Shown: piece after piece, positions 10,001 to 19,159 of the stretch
How the letters are laid out: every line of letters begins with the position of its first letter
Position numbering within the stretch: the first letter of the stretch is position 1
Source: Nitrospirales bacterium
GTDB taxonomy: Bacteria; Nitrospirota; Nitrospiria; Nitrospirales; UBA8639
Direction of reading: 5' to 3'
Assembly: GCA_963555755.3 (NCBI GenBank)
Contig: OY820905.2
Location: 4,128,001 to 4,192,000 of the forward strand
DNA length: 64,000 nt
Translations under genes and position numbers: made by a program
Notes under the pieces: model-generated
The model's database searches: none
What the model saw: the letters and a program-made list of their open reading frames with translations, nothing else
Told to the model about the DNA's origin: nothing

Positions 10001-10550
10001 CAAATTGCTTCAATCTGATACGCATGATTCCTCGCCAAAGATTACGTTTGTCGTCGAGCGATTAGCCGAACTCATGGAGGCAGGGCATAGTGCGCTCGTC
10101 TTTTCGCAATTCACCTCATTTTTAGATTTGGTCGAAGCCGCGCTAGTCAGTCACCACATTCCGCACGTTCGTTTAGATGGCTCCACGCCCACGCCTAAAC
10201 GCCGAATCATGGTCCAACAGTTTCAAGAAGGCAAAGACGCTTCCGTGTTCTTGCTCAGCTTAAAAGCCGGAGGGCAAGGACTGAACCTCACCAAGGCCTC
10301 CTATGTGTTTCACTTGGATCCGTGGTGGAACCCCGCGGTTGAAAACCAAGCCTCCGATCGCACACACCGAATCGGCCAAACGCAAAAGGTGTCTATCTTG
10401 CGCATCCTCATGCGCCATTCCGTCGAAGAGAAAATGATGGCCTTAAAACAGAAAAAATCCGCCCTCTACGAAGCTGTCCTCGAAGGCACCACTCACCGAG
10501 GCGGAAGTGCGTCAATCACCAAAGAAGATTTCGATTTTCTTCTGGCGTAG
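7002..10550 (+). CDS. SWIM zinc finger + SNF2-family helicase
   Basis: SWIM 'CNCP...CKH'; 'LADDMGLGKT', 'DEAQ', 'TGTPLEN', 'DPWWNPAVENQASDRTHRIGQ'. Confidence 0.95.
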   Translation: MINYLKALPPNIVYTVAPKEYVVRGYDYFHKERLESFRWEHDGSLLTAVVMGTRRYAVDFMLLDDKLDFLCNCPAWAPTTQCKHVICALLTIINLLDPIHFNVARHQPGRLEKLRGALLSGGSGRGQLLRSPFSPPSPAPPKSDDFELVIHLREQYPELSVRNHGQRVYTLRGVPETLAYFIGDFYHSFSIHRDRLAQHLQAAGNQYPLVFESDGEGMRLTWEGFHRCETYTELHMVDGQVTLRPLYVLDRTVRKRVKLFWDYAVDLERQILVKVEEPNEWDLQAMLYNEWIYGLEALDDEEIFAFSRAYRSWERTLNRTESPWNPFKFGLFERRPIELPLRRAQLMPIHIPTQHLPATRQRLILKVNGVVTPLSPEHDTPTLQQPRYRLVVHPVQDGLEPLASGQTMAVIRAECWWGDYCAPPHEPTFSFFTCLEGYRSLPAPLRAQKRQKILCETFIKLLTVSQTSKVEGLLRTALSQGDFQRQNIKRTAKHMLKQFFSVFGEPEVRLQFHQGRWQLLTVDKAQEARMYILPYEQFGPQVFDNMMRHDEMRLRLDILHQGLPQLYESCQAAGIELFYHTKPVALPEWELSLDAHRPEGIDWFELRPEIRCNGKLMTEAAVQQFMQGQGIIEGDDVVQIFPTKTQAALRALSSFYRQEPSSKGMKKEWVRVPRLQIFDWIALRKQGVKITLPPEDEAIIDRLTHFEHIEVPPIPKRLTAKLRTYQKNGYAWLGFLYQHRFGACLADDMGLGKTVQAISLLGGIKESIIPSLTSQPVPHLVVLPPSLLFNWEQEIQKFYPSLRVQMYVGADRSPKFEGCDVVLTTYGVVRRDIATLETIPFHIIVFDEAQAVKNIHAETTSAVRRLKGAFKMVMTGTPLENHIGEYYSLIDLCLPGLLGDYDKIKSKITSASSSFLEVLTRRTKPFVLRRTKEQILKELPPKTETDVYLDLTERQKSLYQHTIAQIRPTIDDAYRTKTHAQARIIALTAILKLRQICLSPKLLQSDTHDSSPKITFVVERLAELMEAGHSALVFSQFTSFLDLVEAALVSHHIPHVRLDGSTPTPKRRIMVQQFQEGKDASVFLLSLKAGGQGLNLTKASYVFHLDPWWNPAVENQASDRTHRIGQTQKVSILRILMRHSVEEKMMALKQKKSALYEAVLEGTTHRGGSASITKEDFDFLLA

Positions 10551-10581
10551 TACTTGTTTATGGCTTGCCGAAAAGAATCGC

Positions 10582-10844
10582 GTCATTTCCGACATCCTTA
10601 ATCGGGAATCCAGGTTTATTTTAATCGGGGTTTCGCCCCCGAGCGACGAGGCACTTTTGTTTCGGCAAAAGGACCCAAAACCACTTCCGCCCGTGCGCGG
10701 TCCCTCCGAGCCTGCTCAGAAGCAGGCTCTCCGGGATGCCTCCGCCTCCGTCCCGAATCAAGATGGCGAGGGAACTCGCTCCGCTCAAACAGCCCTCGCC
10801 GAGAGGTCGATTCGGGACTCCGGCTCCGCCGCGTCCGAAGGCGG
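10582..10844 (+). repeat. GTCAT..GGGAATCCAGG palindrome + repeat family E copy 3 (10627-10844)
   Basis: E core sequence; carries the GCCTGCTCAGAAGCAGGCTCTCCGGGATGCC insert shared only with copy 4. Confidence 0.85.
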
Positions 10845-10978
10845 GCAGTCATTACAGAAATAGTTTTTTATTGAACATCACTCGTTCATTGTCTTGTCAG
10901 GTCTTAGGGCATATACTTTCAACCTTGTGACAAAAAGAGTAGAAGATCTGTATTGCGGTAGTAGAGTAGGGGGACAAG

Positions 10979-11248
10979 ATGCCAGCTATTTCGATGTTCT
11001 ATGGAATTATTATTTACATGTATTTCCTTGATAACAAGCAGCATCAAAGACCGCATATTCATGTCAAATATCAGGAACATGAAGTTATTGTTGCCATCCC
11101 GGATGGTGGGGTTCTTGAAGGGAGTATCCCCAACCCAAAAATGAAGTTGCTCCAAGCTTGGGTTGAGTTGCATAAGGAAGAATTGGAAGCGGACTGGGAA
11201 CTTGCTGTGTCTGGTCAACAGCCTTTTAAGATTGAACCGTTGAGGTAA
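10979..11248 (+). CDS. DUF4160-family protein (HicA-like putative toxin)
   Basis: 'MPAISMFYGIIIYMYF...PHIHVKY...WVELHKEELEADW...FKIEPLR'. Confidence 0.85.
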   Translation: MPAISMFYGIIIYMYFLDNKQHQRPHIHVKYQEHEVIVAIPDGGVLEGSIPNPKMKLLQAWVELHKEELEADWELAVSGQQPFKIEPLR

Positions 11249-11251
11249 ATT

Positions 11252-11485
11252 ATGAATCCAAGAATTGTAGAAGTAATGCCCACCGATGATTACAAACTCA
11301 AGTTGGTTTTTACCAATGGGGAGCGAGGGGTGTATAACTGTTTCGACTTGTTAGACTTTGGCGTGTTTCAAGAGCTGCAGGATAAGAACTATTTCAAGCA
11401 AGCCAAAGTGTTGGACGGAACTGTGGTCTGGCCTCATGAGCAAGATATCTGTCCCGATACCCTCTATCTCGATTCAGAAAAATAG
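11252..11485 (+). CDS. DUF2442-family protein (putative antitoxin)
   Basis: 'DYKLKLVFTNGE...FQELQD...TVVWPHEQDICPDTLY'; 3 nt downstream of the DUF4160 gene. Confidence 0.85.
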   Translation: MNPRIVEVMPTDDYKLKLVFTNGERGVYNCFDLLDFGVFQELQDKNYFKQAKVLDGTVVWPHEQDICPDTLYLDSEK

Positions 11486-11603
11486 GGAGGTCGGGTGAAT
11501 GGGTAATCAGGCAAGGTAAGGTCTCTATTGTTCTTTCTAATCCTTCCAAGTATTTGAGTTATTCCTCCAGTCGTAACCGGGAATCCAGAATTAATTTTAT
11601 TCA

Positions 11604-11868
11604 GGGTTTTGCCCTCGAGCGACGAGGCCCCTTCGACTGGGCTCAGGGCAGGCCTTTTGTTTCGGCAAAAGTGCCCAAAACCACTTCCGCCCGTTCACGG
11701 TCCCTCCGGGCCTGCTTCGAAGCAGGTTCTCCGGGATGCCTCCGCCTCCGTCCCGAATCAAGATGGCGAGGGAACTCGCGGAGTCTATCCTGAGCTTGTC
11801 GAAGGACTCAAACAGTCCTCGCCCGAGAGGTCGGATTCGGGGCGATGGCCCAGTCGCGCCCAACGCGG
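11604..11868 (+). repeat. Repeat family E copy 4 with nested mini-repeats
   Basis: E core; nested CCCTTCGACTGGGCTCAGGGCAGG and TCTATCCTGAGCTTGTCGAAGG; preceded by a degenerate CGGGAATCCAG palindrome. Confidence 0.85.
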
Positions 11869-12288
11869 TGAAGGGCCAAGACTAGAGTGCCAAATGAACA
11901 GAAAGGAGGAGCATCCCATCGATATCGCAGTCATGTCGAGCCCTCGACTAATTTTCAACGTGGCTGACCCACAGAGGTTACCTTAGGAGTAAATGGCTGA
12001 CAGAAAAGGGTAGCGTTCTCTTTTTCAGGTGCAACCGAGGACCAGGTGGCGTTCGCAGTCCGCTGGATGGTATATGAACCCATTCAAGGAGGGGTGTTAT
12101 GCCGATCCGCATAAGATGCTGAAATAATTGGACTCATGCGTATAACCAATTGAAACGACAACAGTTCCGGCGTATTCTTCAGAAATATCGATGGCGTGTT
12201 ATACGGATATAAACCCGAAGATCCTTCTCTTACACGGATCCATCTAAACATTGTTAGGTGTACAAAACTGGAGTGCAATTTCAAATCC

Positions 12289-12792
12289 ATGGAACTAAAA
12301 ATCAAATCAATGCTTGCAGTATTTTTGCTATTAACTTCTGGCGCTGCCTTGGGAATAGAGCAATCTTTTATCGCTGATACAGAGCGATTTGGCGTTCGTT
12401 TATTTTTAGTTCCAGACGCAGATGCATTTGTCGAAATGTGGTCAAAGCCAGAAACACCAAAATTGACCGTATTCAAACAAACAACAGTTAACACTAAATT
12501 CGCGGGCATCATTCTTTATTGGGGTGGTGGTGCCAATTCCAATGGCGAGTGTAATATTCAATTGCAAACCACGGTCTTAGAGAGAGGCACTGTTCTCGCA
12601 ACAGGCCCAGAAATGCCCGTATGCTCTCGGCACCAACCGCCCAAACCAAGTGTCTTGTCACTTTCTGACACAATCATCGACCTTATTGCATCCGGTGACC
12701 CAACGCAATTGGTCGTTCAAGTAAAAGTAACCGACAAAATCAATAACGAAACCTTGTTGGTTGAGGCGCCTATTGAAGTGGTGGCAGAGTGA
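12289..12792 (+). CDS. Secreted hypothetical protein carried on an integron gene cassette
   Basis: Signal-peptide-like 'MELKIKSMLAVFLLLTSGAALG'; AT-richer than the backbone; GTTAGGT core site at 12253 upstream and attC 4 nt after the stop. Confidence 0.75.
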   Translation: MELKIKSMLAVFLLLTSGAALGIEQSFIADTERFGVRLFLVPDADAFVEMWSKPETPKLTVFKQTTVNTKFAGIILYWGGGANSNGECNIQLQTTVLERGTVLATGPEMPVCSRHQPPKPSVLSLSDTIIDLIASGDPTQLVVQVKVTDKINNETLLVEAPIEVVAE

Positions 12793-12796
12793 GCGC

Positions 12797-12898
12797 ACCT
12801 AACAAGGCATTGCACTCGGACTCCGCCTACTGTCACATTTTTTGCGAAAAGCGCAAAAAATGCGCCAGCAGGCTACGCCAGTGAATGCGGCGTTAGGT
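12797..12898 (+). mobile_element. Integron attC recombination site (102 bp)
   Basis: R'' ACCTAAC, 5-nt spacer, L'' ATT(G)CACT ... L' AGTGAAT, 5-nt spacer, R' GTTAGGT; internal stems GCCTACTG/CAGCAGGC and TTTTTTGCG/CGCAAAAAA. Confidence 0.9.
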
Positions 12899-13124
12899 TT
12901 CGAAGAGGACTGGCTAGTTGGAAGATGTACGGTCTACATTGGTGGATCCGGCTATCACACTGTCGGGATTTCGAATATGGATTCACGGTCGAGAGTGTCC
13001 GGAAAGGGGGACGTTCCTTTTTTGAAGGCGCATGAATTGGGGGCAAGCATGAGTATTGAGTTCGTAGAGTTTCCCCTCCAAGCCCAATTTGAAAACTTGG
13101 TTTGTTTCTTTCTTGAGTGTCTTA

Positions 13125-13407
13125 CCGCCTTCGGGCGCGGCGGAGCCTCCGTACCGAATCGACCTCTCGGCGAGGGCTGTTTGAGCGGAGCGAGTTCCCT
13201 CGCCATCTTATTCGGTACGGAGGCGGAGGAACCCCCATGGGGCCGCGCACGGGCGAAAATGGTTTTGGGCACTTTTGCCGAAACAAAAGTGCCTCGTCGG
13301 CGGGGGCGAAACCCCGCATTAATAATTTTGACTAGAAATCTGGCAAATAGTAGATGGCGAGGAAGAGGGGAAGACCTGGATCCCCGATAAAGGATGTCGG
13401 GGATGAC
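13125..13407 (-). repeat. Repeat family E copy 5 (13125-13315) + CCTGGATCCCCGA..TCGGGGATGAC palindrome (13375-13407)
   Basis: Insert-free E core in reverse orientation. Confidence 0.85.
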
Positions 13408-13492
13408 AGCAATGGCGGCAAAGTAAATGATTCGTATGCGTGAATCCTCGGTGGGAAATTCAGAAATTGCGGAAAAACGGAAATGGATCTAT

Positions 13493-13515
13493 AATGGTTC
13501 CATAATAGAACCATT
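13493..13515. promoter_or_regulatory. Putative TA autorepression operator
   Basis: Perfect inverted repeat AATGGTTC-N7-GAACCATT overlapping a TATAAT, directly upstream of an RHH antitoxin. Confidence 0.6.
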
Positions 13516-13523
13516 TGGAGGCT

Positions 13524-13763
13524 ATGATGTCCGTCAATCTTTCTGTCAAAAATGTCCCAAAGGAATGGGTGGAGCAATTACGGCAACGAGCCCACAAGCA
13601 TCATCGCTCGCTTCAAGGTGAACTGCTGGCCATACTTGAGGAAAGCGTGAATCAGCAAGACAAGATTTCTCCACAAGGCCTCTTAGCAGAAGTACGGCAA
13701 CGTGGACTGCGCACACCAAAAGAGTCGGTGGCAATGATTCGCAAGGATCGTGATGGCCACTAA
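13524..13763 (+). CDS. FitA/Arc-like ribbon-helix-helix antitoxin
   Basis: 'NLSVKNVP...LRQRAHKHHRSLQGELLAILEE'; overlaps the PIN toxin gene. Confidence 0.85.
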   Translation: MMSVNLSVKNVPKEWVEQLRQRAHKHHRSLQGELLAILEESVNQQDKISPQGLLAEVRQRGLRTPKESVAMIRKDRDGH

Positions 13764-14136
13764 GGTCATTGATACATCAGCCTTGGCCGCCGTCGTGTTT
13801 GCTGAACCCGATGGTCAGCGGATTGCGGCTCAAATGGAAAATCATGATCTCCTTGCTCCATTCCTACTACCCTTTGAGTTGGCGAATGTTTGTCTCATGA
13901 AGATTCGAAGGCATCCTGCCCAAAAAACGTTATTGTTGGGTGGTTTTGAGATGGTCGGTCGTCTGCCGCTGACGTTCATGGCGGTCAACATGACTGAGGT
14001 CCTTGGCCTAGCCCAAGACAAGGCTCTGACAGCTTACGATGCTTCTTTTTTCTGGTTAGCGAAGACGCTCGATGTCGAATTGATGACCTTGGATAAGACC
14101 TTAGCTAAGGCGTTTGCATCTCGAAAAGGCAAATAG
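13753..14136 (+). CDS. vapC: VapC/FitB PIN-domain toxin
   Basis: 'VIDTSAL', 'FELAN', 'LTAYDASF', 'LMTLD' PIN acidic residues. Confidence 0.9.
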   Translation: MATKVIDTSALAAVVFAEPDGQRIAAQMENHDLLAPFLLPFELANVCLMKIRRHPAQKTLLLGGFEMVGRLPLTFMAVNMTEVLGLAQDKALTAYDASFFWLAKTLDVELMTLDKTLAKAFASRKGK

Positions 14137-14219
14137 GGCCTGCTTGCCAGGCAGGGGGTATTAATGAGTTTGTCCTTCCCCTCCATTTGAAAAAATTAGT
14201 TTGTTTCTTGAGTGCCTTG

Positions 14220-14627
14220 CCGCCTTCGGGCGCGGCGGAGCCTCCGTACCGAATCGACCTCTCGGCGAGGGCTGTCTGAGCGCAGCGAGTTCCCGAGCCA
14301 TCTTATCGGTACGAAGGCGAAGGCACCCGGAAGAGAATGATCAAAACGTCCGTCTGCGGCGTTTTCGGCCCTTTGTCGTGCTCACGTACTAACGCGTACG
14401 CTGCGCGCGCCAAAGCGCCTGCGGCCTTGCTGACGAACGTTTTGATCATTCTCTGTAGGGCCGCCCACGGGCGAAAATGGTTTTGGGCACTTTTGCCGAA
14501 ACAAAAGTGCCTCATCGTGTGGGGGCGAAACCCTGCATAATATTTCTTGAAACACACAGACCGATTAGCTAACAAGAATAGGGGCGAAGAAAAACCTGGA
14601 TCCCCGATTAAGGATGTCGGGGATGAC
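14220..14627 (-). repeat. Repeat family E copy 6 (14220-14533) + palindrome (14595-14627)
   Basis: Direct repeat of the 13125-13407 unit; contains a nested family-D element. Confidence 0.85.
14332..14454. mobile_element. MITE family D nested in E copy 6
   Basis: TIR AGAGAATGATCAAAACGT / ACGTTTTGATCATTCTCT; internal GTGCTCACGTAC..GTACGCT..CTGCGGCCTTGCTG shared with the copies at 33550 and 54385. Confidence 0.8.
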
Positions 14628-14851
14628 CTCAAGGAAAATTGGTGTGTGGTGCACACTCCACCATCCCTTCTCAAACAGATTTCTCACATCCGTTCGAAAT
14701 GACAACGGTTTCGGAATTTGCCTCCCCCCTTTCCTACAAGGTAGAGTTTATCAGTCAGAATTGACGTCATAGGTTTTAAATCAATCTAACAATGTTGTTA
14801 AAAGTTACAGGGGCATGAGCGTTTACCCTGATTATAGAAAGGACGAGTTTT

Positions 14852-15739
14852 ATGAGTGATGAACAAGCACAGCAACCGACTCCCGCGCCGGCACCGGCTG
14901 AGGAAAAGCTTCTTCCGGGGGTGAAGTATATTGTGGCGGTGAGTAGTGGGAAGGGTGGGGTTGGGAAGTCCACGGTGGCGACGAATTTGGCCGTGGCGTT
15001 AGGTCAGTCCGGGGTTAGCGTGGGGTTGATGGATGCCGATATTTATGGTCCCAATATTCCCATGATGATGGGTGTGCCAGAGCCTCCGGGTAAAGCGGAG
15101 GGTAAAATTTTGCCGGCTGAGGCGCATGGCGTAAAAATTATTTCAATGGCATTTTTTGTGCCGGAAGAAACGGCGGTGGTGTGGAGAGGGCCAATGGTGC
15201 ATACGGCCCTTCTCCAATTTTTTCGTGATGTGGAGTGGGGAGAGCTAGATTATCTCCTCATTGACTTGCCGCCGGGCACAGGAGATGCCCAATTGAGCAT
15301 TTCTCAGATGGTGCCGATGACGGGAGCGATCTCGGTTACCACTCCGCAGGAGGTCGCACTGTATGATGTGCGCAAAGGGCTGAGGATGTTTCAGAAGGTC
15401 AATGTGCCGCTCCTGGGCATTATTGAAAACATGAGCTTTTTTGTTTGTGGTCATTGCGGGGAACGGACGGAGATTTTTTCGTTTGCTGGCGGGGAGCGGG
15501 CGGCGAAAAAATTTGACATTCCGTTTTTGGGTCGGATTCCTTTGGATCCCGCCATTCGTGAGTGTAGCGATGCTGGGACTCCGATTGTGGTCGCGAATCC
15601 CGATTCCCCCCAATCCAAGGCCTTTGTCAAAATTGCGGCGGCTTTACGGAATCAAATTGAGAGTCAAGCCAGTGACAAATCCGGGTCTTCGGTGAGCGAT
15701 ATGTTGAAAAAGTTGAAAGAGCCGATGGGGCTGAATTAA
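14852..15739 (+). CDS. mrp: Mrp/ApbC Fe-S cluster carrier ATPase
   Basis: 'SGKGGVGKST', 'DADIYGP', 'DLPPGTGDAQL', 'ENMS...CGHC'. Confidence 0.95.
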   Translation: MSDEQAQQPTPAPAPAEEKLLPGVKYIVAVSSGKGGVGKSTVATNLAVALGQSGVSVGLMDADIYGPNIPMMMGVPEPPGKAEGKILPAEAHGVKIISMAFFVPEETAVVWRGPMVHTALLQFFRDVEWGELDYLLIDLPPGTGDAQLSISQMVPMTGAISVTTPQEVALYDVRKGLRMFQKVNVPLLGIIENMSFFVCGHCGERTEIFSFAGGERAAKKFDIPFLGRIPLDPAIRECSDAGTPIVVANPDSPQSKAFVKIAAALRNQIESQASDKSGSSVSDMLKKLKEPMGLN

Positions 15740-15871
15740 GCCAAAGCAGGTATTCAAGGCTAAAAATGATTTGAAAATCCCCCTATCCCCCTTTTTCAAA
15801 GGGGGAACTTTCGATGTTAGTGTTGATAGAATATTCTTTTTGGAGACGAGATTAAATTGAGGAGGATTAGG

Positions 15872-16177
15872 ATGTCGGAACGAGTGACAGTGGCGAATAC
15901 GACTGAATTGACTGTTGGGACGGGGATCGTAGCTGAGGTCAACGGGAAAAGTTTGGCGGTATTCAATGTCGAGGGAACATTTTATGTGATTGATAATACC
16001 TGTATTCATCGAGGCGGCCCGTTAGGTGAAGGCGATCTTGAGGGCGAGGTGGTGACCTGTCCCTGGCACGGGTGGGAGTATAATGTGAAAACCGGTGTGT
16101 CGGTGAACAATCCCTCTGCATGTGTGGCTTCGTATCCGGTTGTGGTGGAAGGGGATGAAGTGAAGGTCAATCTGTAG
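15872..16177 (+). CDS. Rieske [2Fe-2S] ferredoxin
   Basis: 'CIH...CPWH' Rieske motif; RBS GGAGGA. Confidence 0.9.
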   Translation: MSERVTVANTTELTVGTGIVAEVNGKSLAVFNVEGTFYVIDNTCIHRGGPLGEGDLEGEVVTCPWHGWEYNVKTGVSVNNPSACVASYPVVVEGDEVKVNL

Positions 16178-16288
16178 CCGGATGGGGAGAGACGTGAGAC
16201 GTCATCCGTGAGGCGTGATGGGTAAAGCGTAGGAGAAAACAAAAGGGTTTCTTTTACGCATGACGCTTCACGTATCACGCTTGACGAA

Positions 16289-18238
16289 TTACGACTCGCG
16301 TTTGACGAGAACCTGATACAGGGCTTCGCTGAGTTCCTCTAAGCGAAACGGTTTGGCGACCATTCCCTGAAATCCATAGGAGAGGTGATTCGAGAGAACC
16401 GGGTCGTTGGAATAGCCACTGGAGACAATGGCTCGGATATCGGGGTCGAGGAGCCGGAGCCTGTGAATCGTGTCTTTTCCTCCCATTCCTCCGGGAATCA
16501 TTAAATCGAGAATGACTGTGGAAAACGGTTGGCGTAAGTCCAGAGCTTTGGCATACCGCGCAATCGCTTCTTCTCCATGTTGTGTCACCTCTACGGTATA
16601 TCCTAAGTGCCCGAGCATTTGTTCGAGGATGACGCAAATGGCTTCCTCATCATCCATGACCAGGATTTTCCCCTGTCCCAGTCGAATGCCACCGGATTCT
16701 GGAATTTGTGGCACCGCTTGAACGGTTGCGGCCGGCAAATAGATCGTAAACACCGTCCCTTTCTCCACCGTTGACGTGACCTCCATCTGTCCATTGTGGC
16801 TGGTAATAATTGAATAGGTGGTAGCCAATCCCAGCCCACTTCCCTGTCGTTTGGTGGTGAAGTACGGGTCAAAAATTCGCACCAGATCTTCGTTCGAAAT
16901 TCCGTGCCCCGTATCCTTGATACGAATTCGAACGTAAGCATTGTCCTCAAAGTACAGGCCGGCATTCTTTGGGAGCTCAGCGGGGTGCAAGTTCTCCGCT
17001 TCAATTTCCAATGTTCCGCCTTGGGGCATGGCTTGTTGGGCGTTGAGAATAAGATTGTGGAAGGCCTGATGGAGTTGGCTCTCATCGGCATACAGGTCCC
17101 ACAGGTCATTGGGAAATCGGTATTCGCTCCGAATCTTCCCCTCCCGTAAGATAAGTTGGGTTGCATTCTCCAATATTGGTACCAACCTGACCGGCTTTTT
17201 GACCGGGTGCCCTCCTTTGGCAAATGTCAGAAGCTGATGCGTGAGGCCCTTGGCAAGCAAGGAAGCTTTTTCCGCTTCGAGTAATTGGGAAAAGGCCCGA
17301 GTCTCTGTAGAGAGTGACAATTTCGCGAGCGAAATATTGCCCAGAATGGACATCAGGAGGTTGTTGAAATCATGGGCAATGCCTCCGGCTAACGTGCCGA
17401 TGGACTCTAGCTTGCTGGCTTTCTGGAGTTCATGCTCAATTTTGATCCGCTCGGACATATCACGAATCACCACGACTGCCCCCAAGACCGTCCCATTTTT
17501 ATGACAGATAGGCGACGCGCTGCACATGACCATTGTATGGGTCCCGTTTCGATTCAGGAGGCGGCGATAGTACAGGGGTTTCATGACTTGGCCCAGGGCG
17601 AGCACCTGCTTAACGAGGTGATCATCCTGATCGGGGTGGTCCGGGTGTACTAAATGAAACACTTCATCAATGGTGCGGCCAAGCACGTGTGTCAGATTAT
17701 GGCCGATCAGGTGTAGGGCCACGGGGTTGATGGAGTGGACGATGCCGTTAATATCTGTCGTGATGACGCCATCCACAATACACGCAAGGGTCACGGATGA
17801 TCGTTCTTGTTCCGCGGCCAGCTCTTCCTCGGCTTGGGCCAGTCGGTGTTCTCGCTCAAGTTGTTGAAGATTGTGGAGGACGACCGAGGGAAGGAGCTCC
17901 AATGCGGATTCATCTTTGGTGATGTAATCCCGCGCTCCACTTTTGAGCATTTTGACCGCGAGTTGCTCATCACCATAGCCCGTGACGACAATAAACGGAA
18001 CGGTGGGGTGGTGTTCTTTCATCGCGTGGATGAGCTCGTCTCCATTCATGTCCGGGAGGTGCAGGTCGAGAAGCATCAGGGTGATAGGGTGGGCGGACAA
18101 TTGTCGCAGGGCTTCTTCACCGGTTGTGGCGACCCGCGAGTTCAGGCCCTCGCGATGCAAATACCGTTGAATGAGAAGGCCCAGGTCAGGGTCATCATCG
18201 ACGATGAGGATGGTAGGAAGAGAGCCAGATGCCTTCAT
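16289..18238 (-). CDS. Hybrid sensor histidine kinase (REC-PAS-HisKA-HATPase-REC)
   Basis: 'GGIAHDFNNLL', 'NLILNA', 'DTGHGI', 'FDPYFTTK..GSGLGL'; receiver domains at both ends. Confidence 0.95.
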   Translation of the reverse strand: MKASGSLPTILIVDDDPDLGLLIQRYLHREGLNSRVATTGEEALRQLSAHPITLMLLDLHLPDMNGDELIHAMKEHHPTVPFIVVTGYGDEQLAVKMLKSGARDYITKDESALELLPSVVLHNLQQLEREHRLAQAEEELAAEQERSSVTLACIVDGVITTDINGIVHSINPVALHLIGHNLTHVLGRTIDEVFHLVHPDHPDQDDHLVKQVLALGQVMKPLYYRRLLNRNGTHTMVMCSASPICHKNGTVLGAVVVIRDMSERIKIEHELQKASKLESIGTLAGGIAHDFNNLLMSILGNISLAKLSLSTETRAFSQLLEAEKASLLAKGLTHQLLTFAKGGHPVKKPVRLVPILENATQLILREGKIRSEYRFPNDLWDLYADESQLHQAFHNLILNAQQAMPQGGTLEIEAENLHPAELPKNAGLYFEDNAYVRIRIKDTGHGISNEDLVRIFDPYFTTKRQGSGLGLATTYSIITSHNGQMEVTSTVEKGTVFTIYLPAATVQAVPQIPESGGIRLGQGKILVMDDEEAICVILEQMLGHLGYTVEVTQHGEEAIARYAKALDLRQPFSTVILDLMIPGGMGGKDTIHRLRLLDPDIRAIVSSGYSNDPVLSNHLSYGFQGMVAKPFRLEELSEALYQVLVKRES

Positions 18239-18281
18239 AGCAAATATTCAAAGGGGACAATGAGGAGGAAACGGTTGTTCC

Positions 18282-18737
18282 TTAACGTGGGTTATTGATG
18301 TGGTTAAACTGCACCTGACTCAAGACGTGACGTAATGCGTTGATCTCCACCGGCTTGTTCAGATGGTAGGTGCATCCTAAGGCCTGGAAGGATGCAAGTT
18401 CTTGGGAATCATTAGTGGTCGTCACTATGGTCAAGGGCACGGTCTTCAACATGCGACTGGTTTGTATCTCTCTGAGGACTTCCTGGCCACTCATCTTTGG
18501 CATGCAACCATCCAAAAATAGGAGGTGAGGATTCCGGCGTGCCCAGGACGTACTCTTGCTCACTTTTAGTAAAAAGTCCAGGACTTCTTGCCCATCCCGG
18601 AATCGGTGGCAGGTCTTCCAATTTCCACACCGTTTCAGAATGCGTTCGAGGAGGGACGCATGTCCCTCATCGTCTTCGGCAATGAGGATGACGGGGGAGT
18701 TGGAACCTGGGACCGTATCGACTGGTTCAGAGGTCAT
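18282..18737 (-). CDS. Single-domain response regulator
   Basis: 'ILIAEDD', 'LFLDGCMPKMSG', 'LNKP'. Confidence 0.85.
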   Translation of the reverse strand: MTSEPVDTVPGSNSPVILIAEDDEGHASLLERILKRCGNWKTCHRFRDGQEVLDFLLKVSKSTSWARRNPHLLFLDGCMPKMSGQEVLREIQTSRMLKTVPLTIVTTTNDSQELASFQALGCTYHLNKPVEINALRHVLSQVQFNHINNPR

Positions 18738-19159
18738 AGCCTTGCCAAACGTTCATTTGTAGAGGCCAATGTCGAAAAGTCCAGCCTGGAGGTGAGTCAT
18801 AAATTTCCAACAGTTACCTTGGGATTTTTGAGTTCGGACGTGGGAAAGATAAACGAATTTCCACTTAGTGGTTTTTCTTCTGGGGGGGAACCGTACCAAA
18901 GGGCTCAAAAAATGTAAATCGGTATATTTGTCATGGACATAACGTCTTTTGTCCAACATGGAGTTGAAGCGCGGGTGTCGAGTTTTTCGTCCTTGATGAT
19001 CCGTCATTCCCTTTGCATAATGGGGTCGTTTCGAAACCCGTCAGGTAGTAGGCGGGAAACGGTAGGCAACCATCTCCCTCTGTTTCATGTTTTCCGTTTC
19101 ACGCTTGCGCGCCAGAGCGCTACAGCGCGCAGGCACGAAGGCCAATTAGGTTATCTCAG

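Noticed and set aside
11870..12250. Integron integrase remnant upstream of the cassette
   Set aside because: No tyrosine-recombinase-like sequence recognised and too little space.
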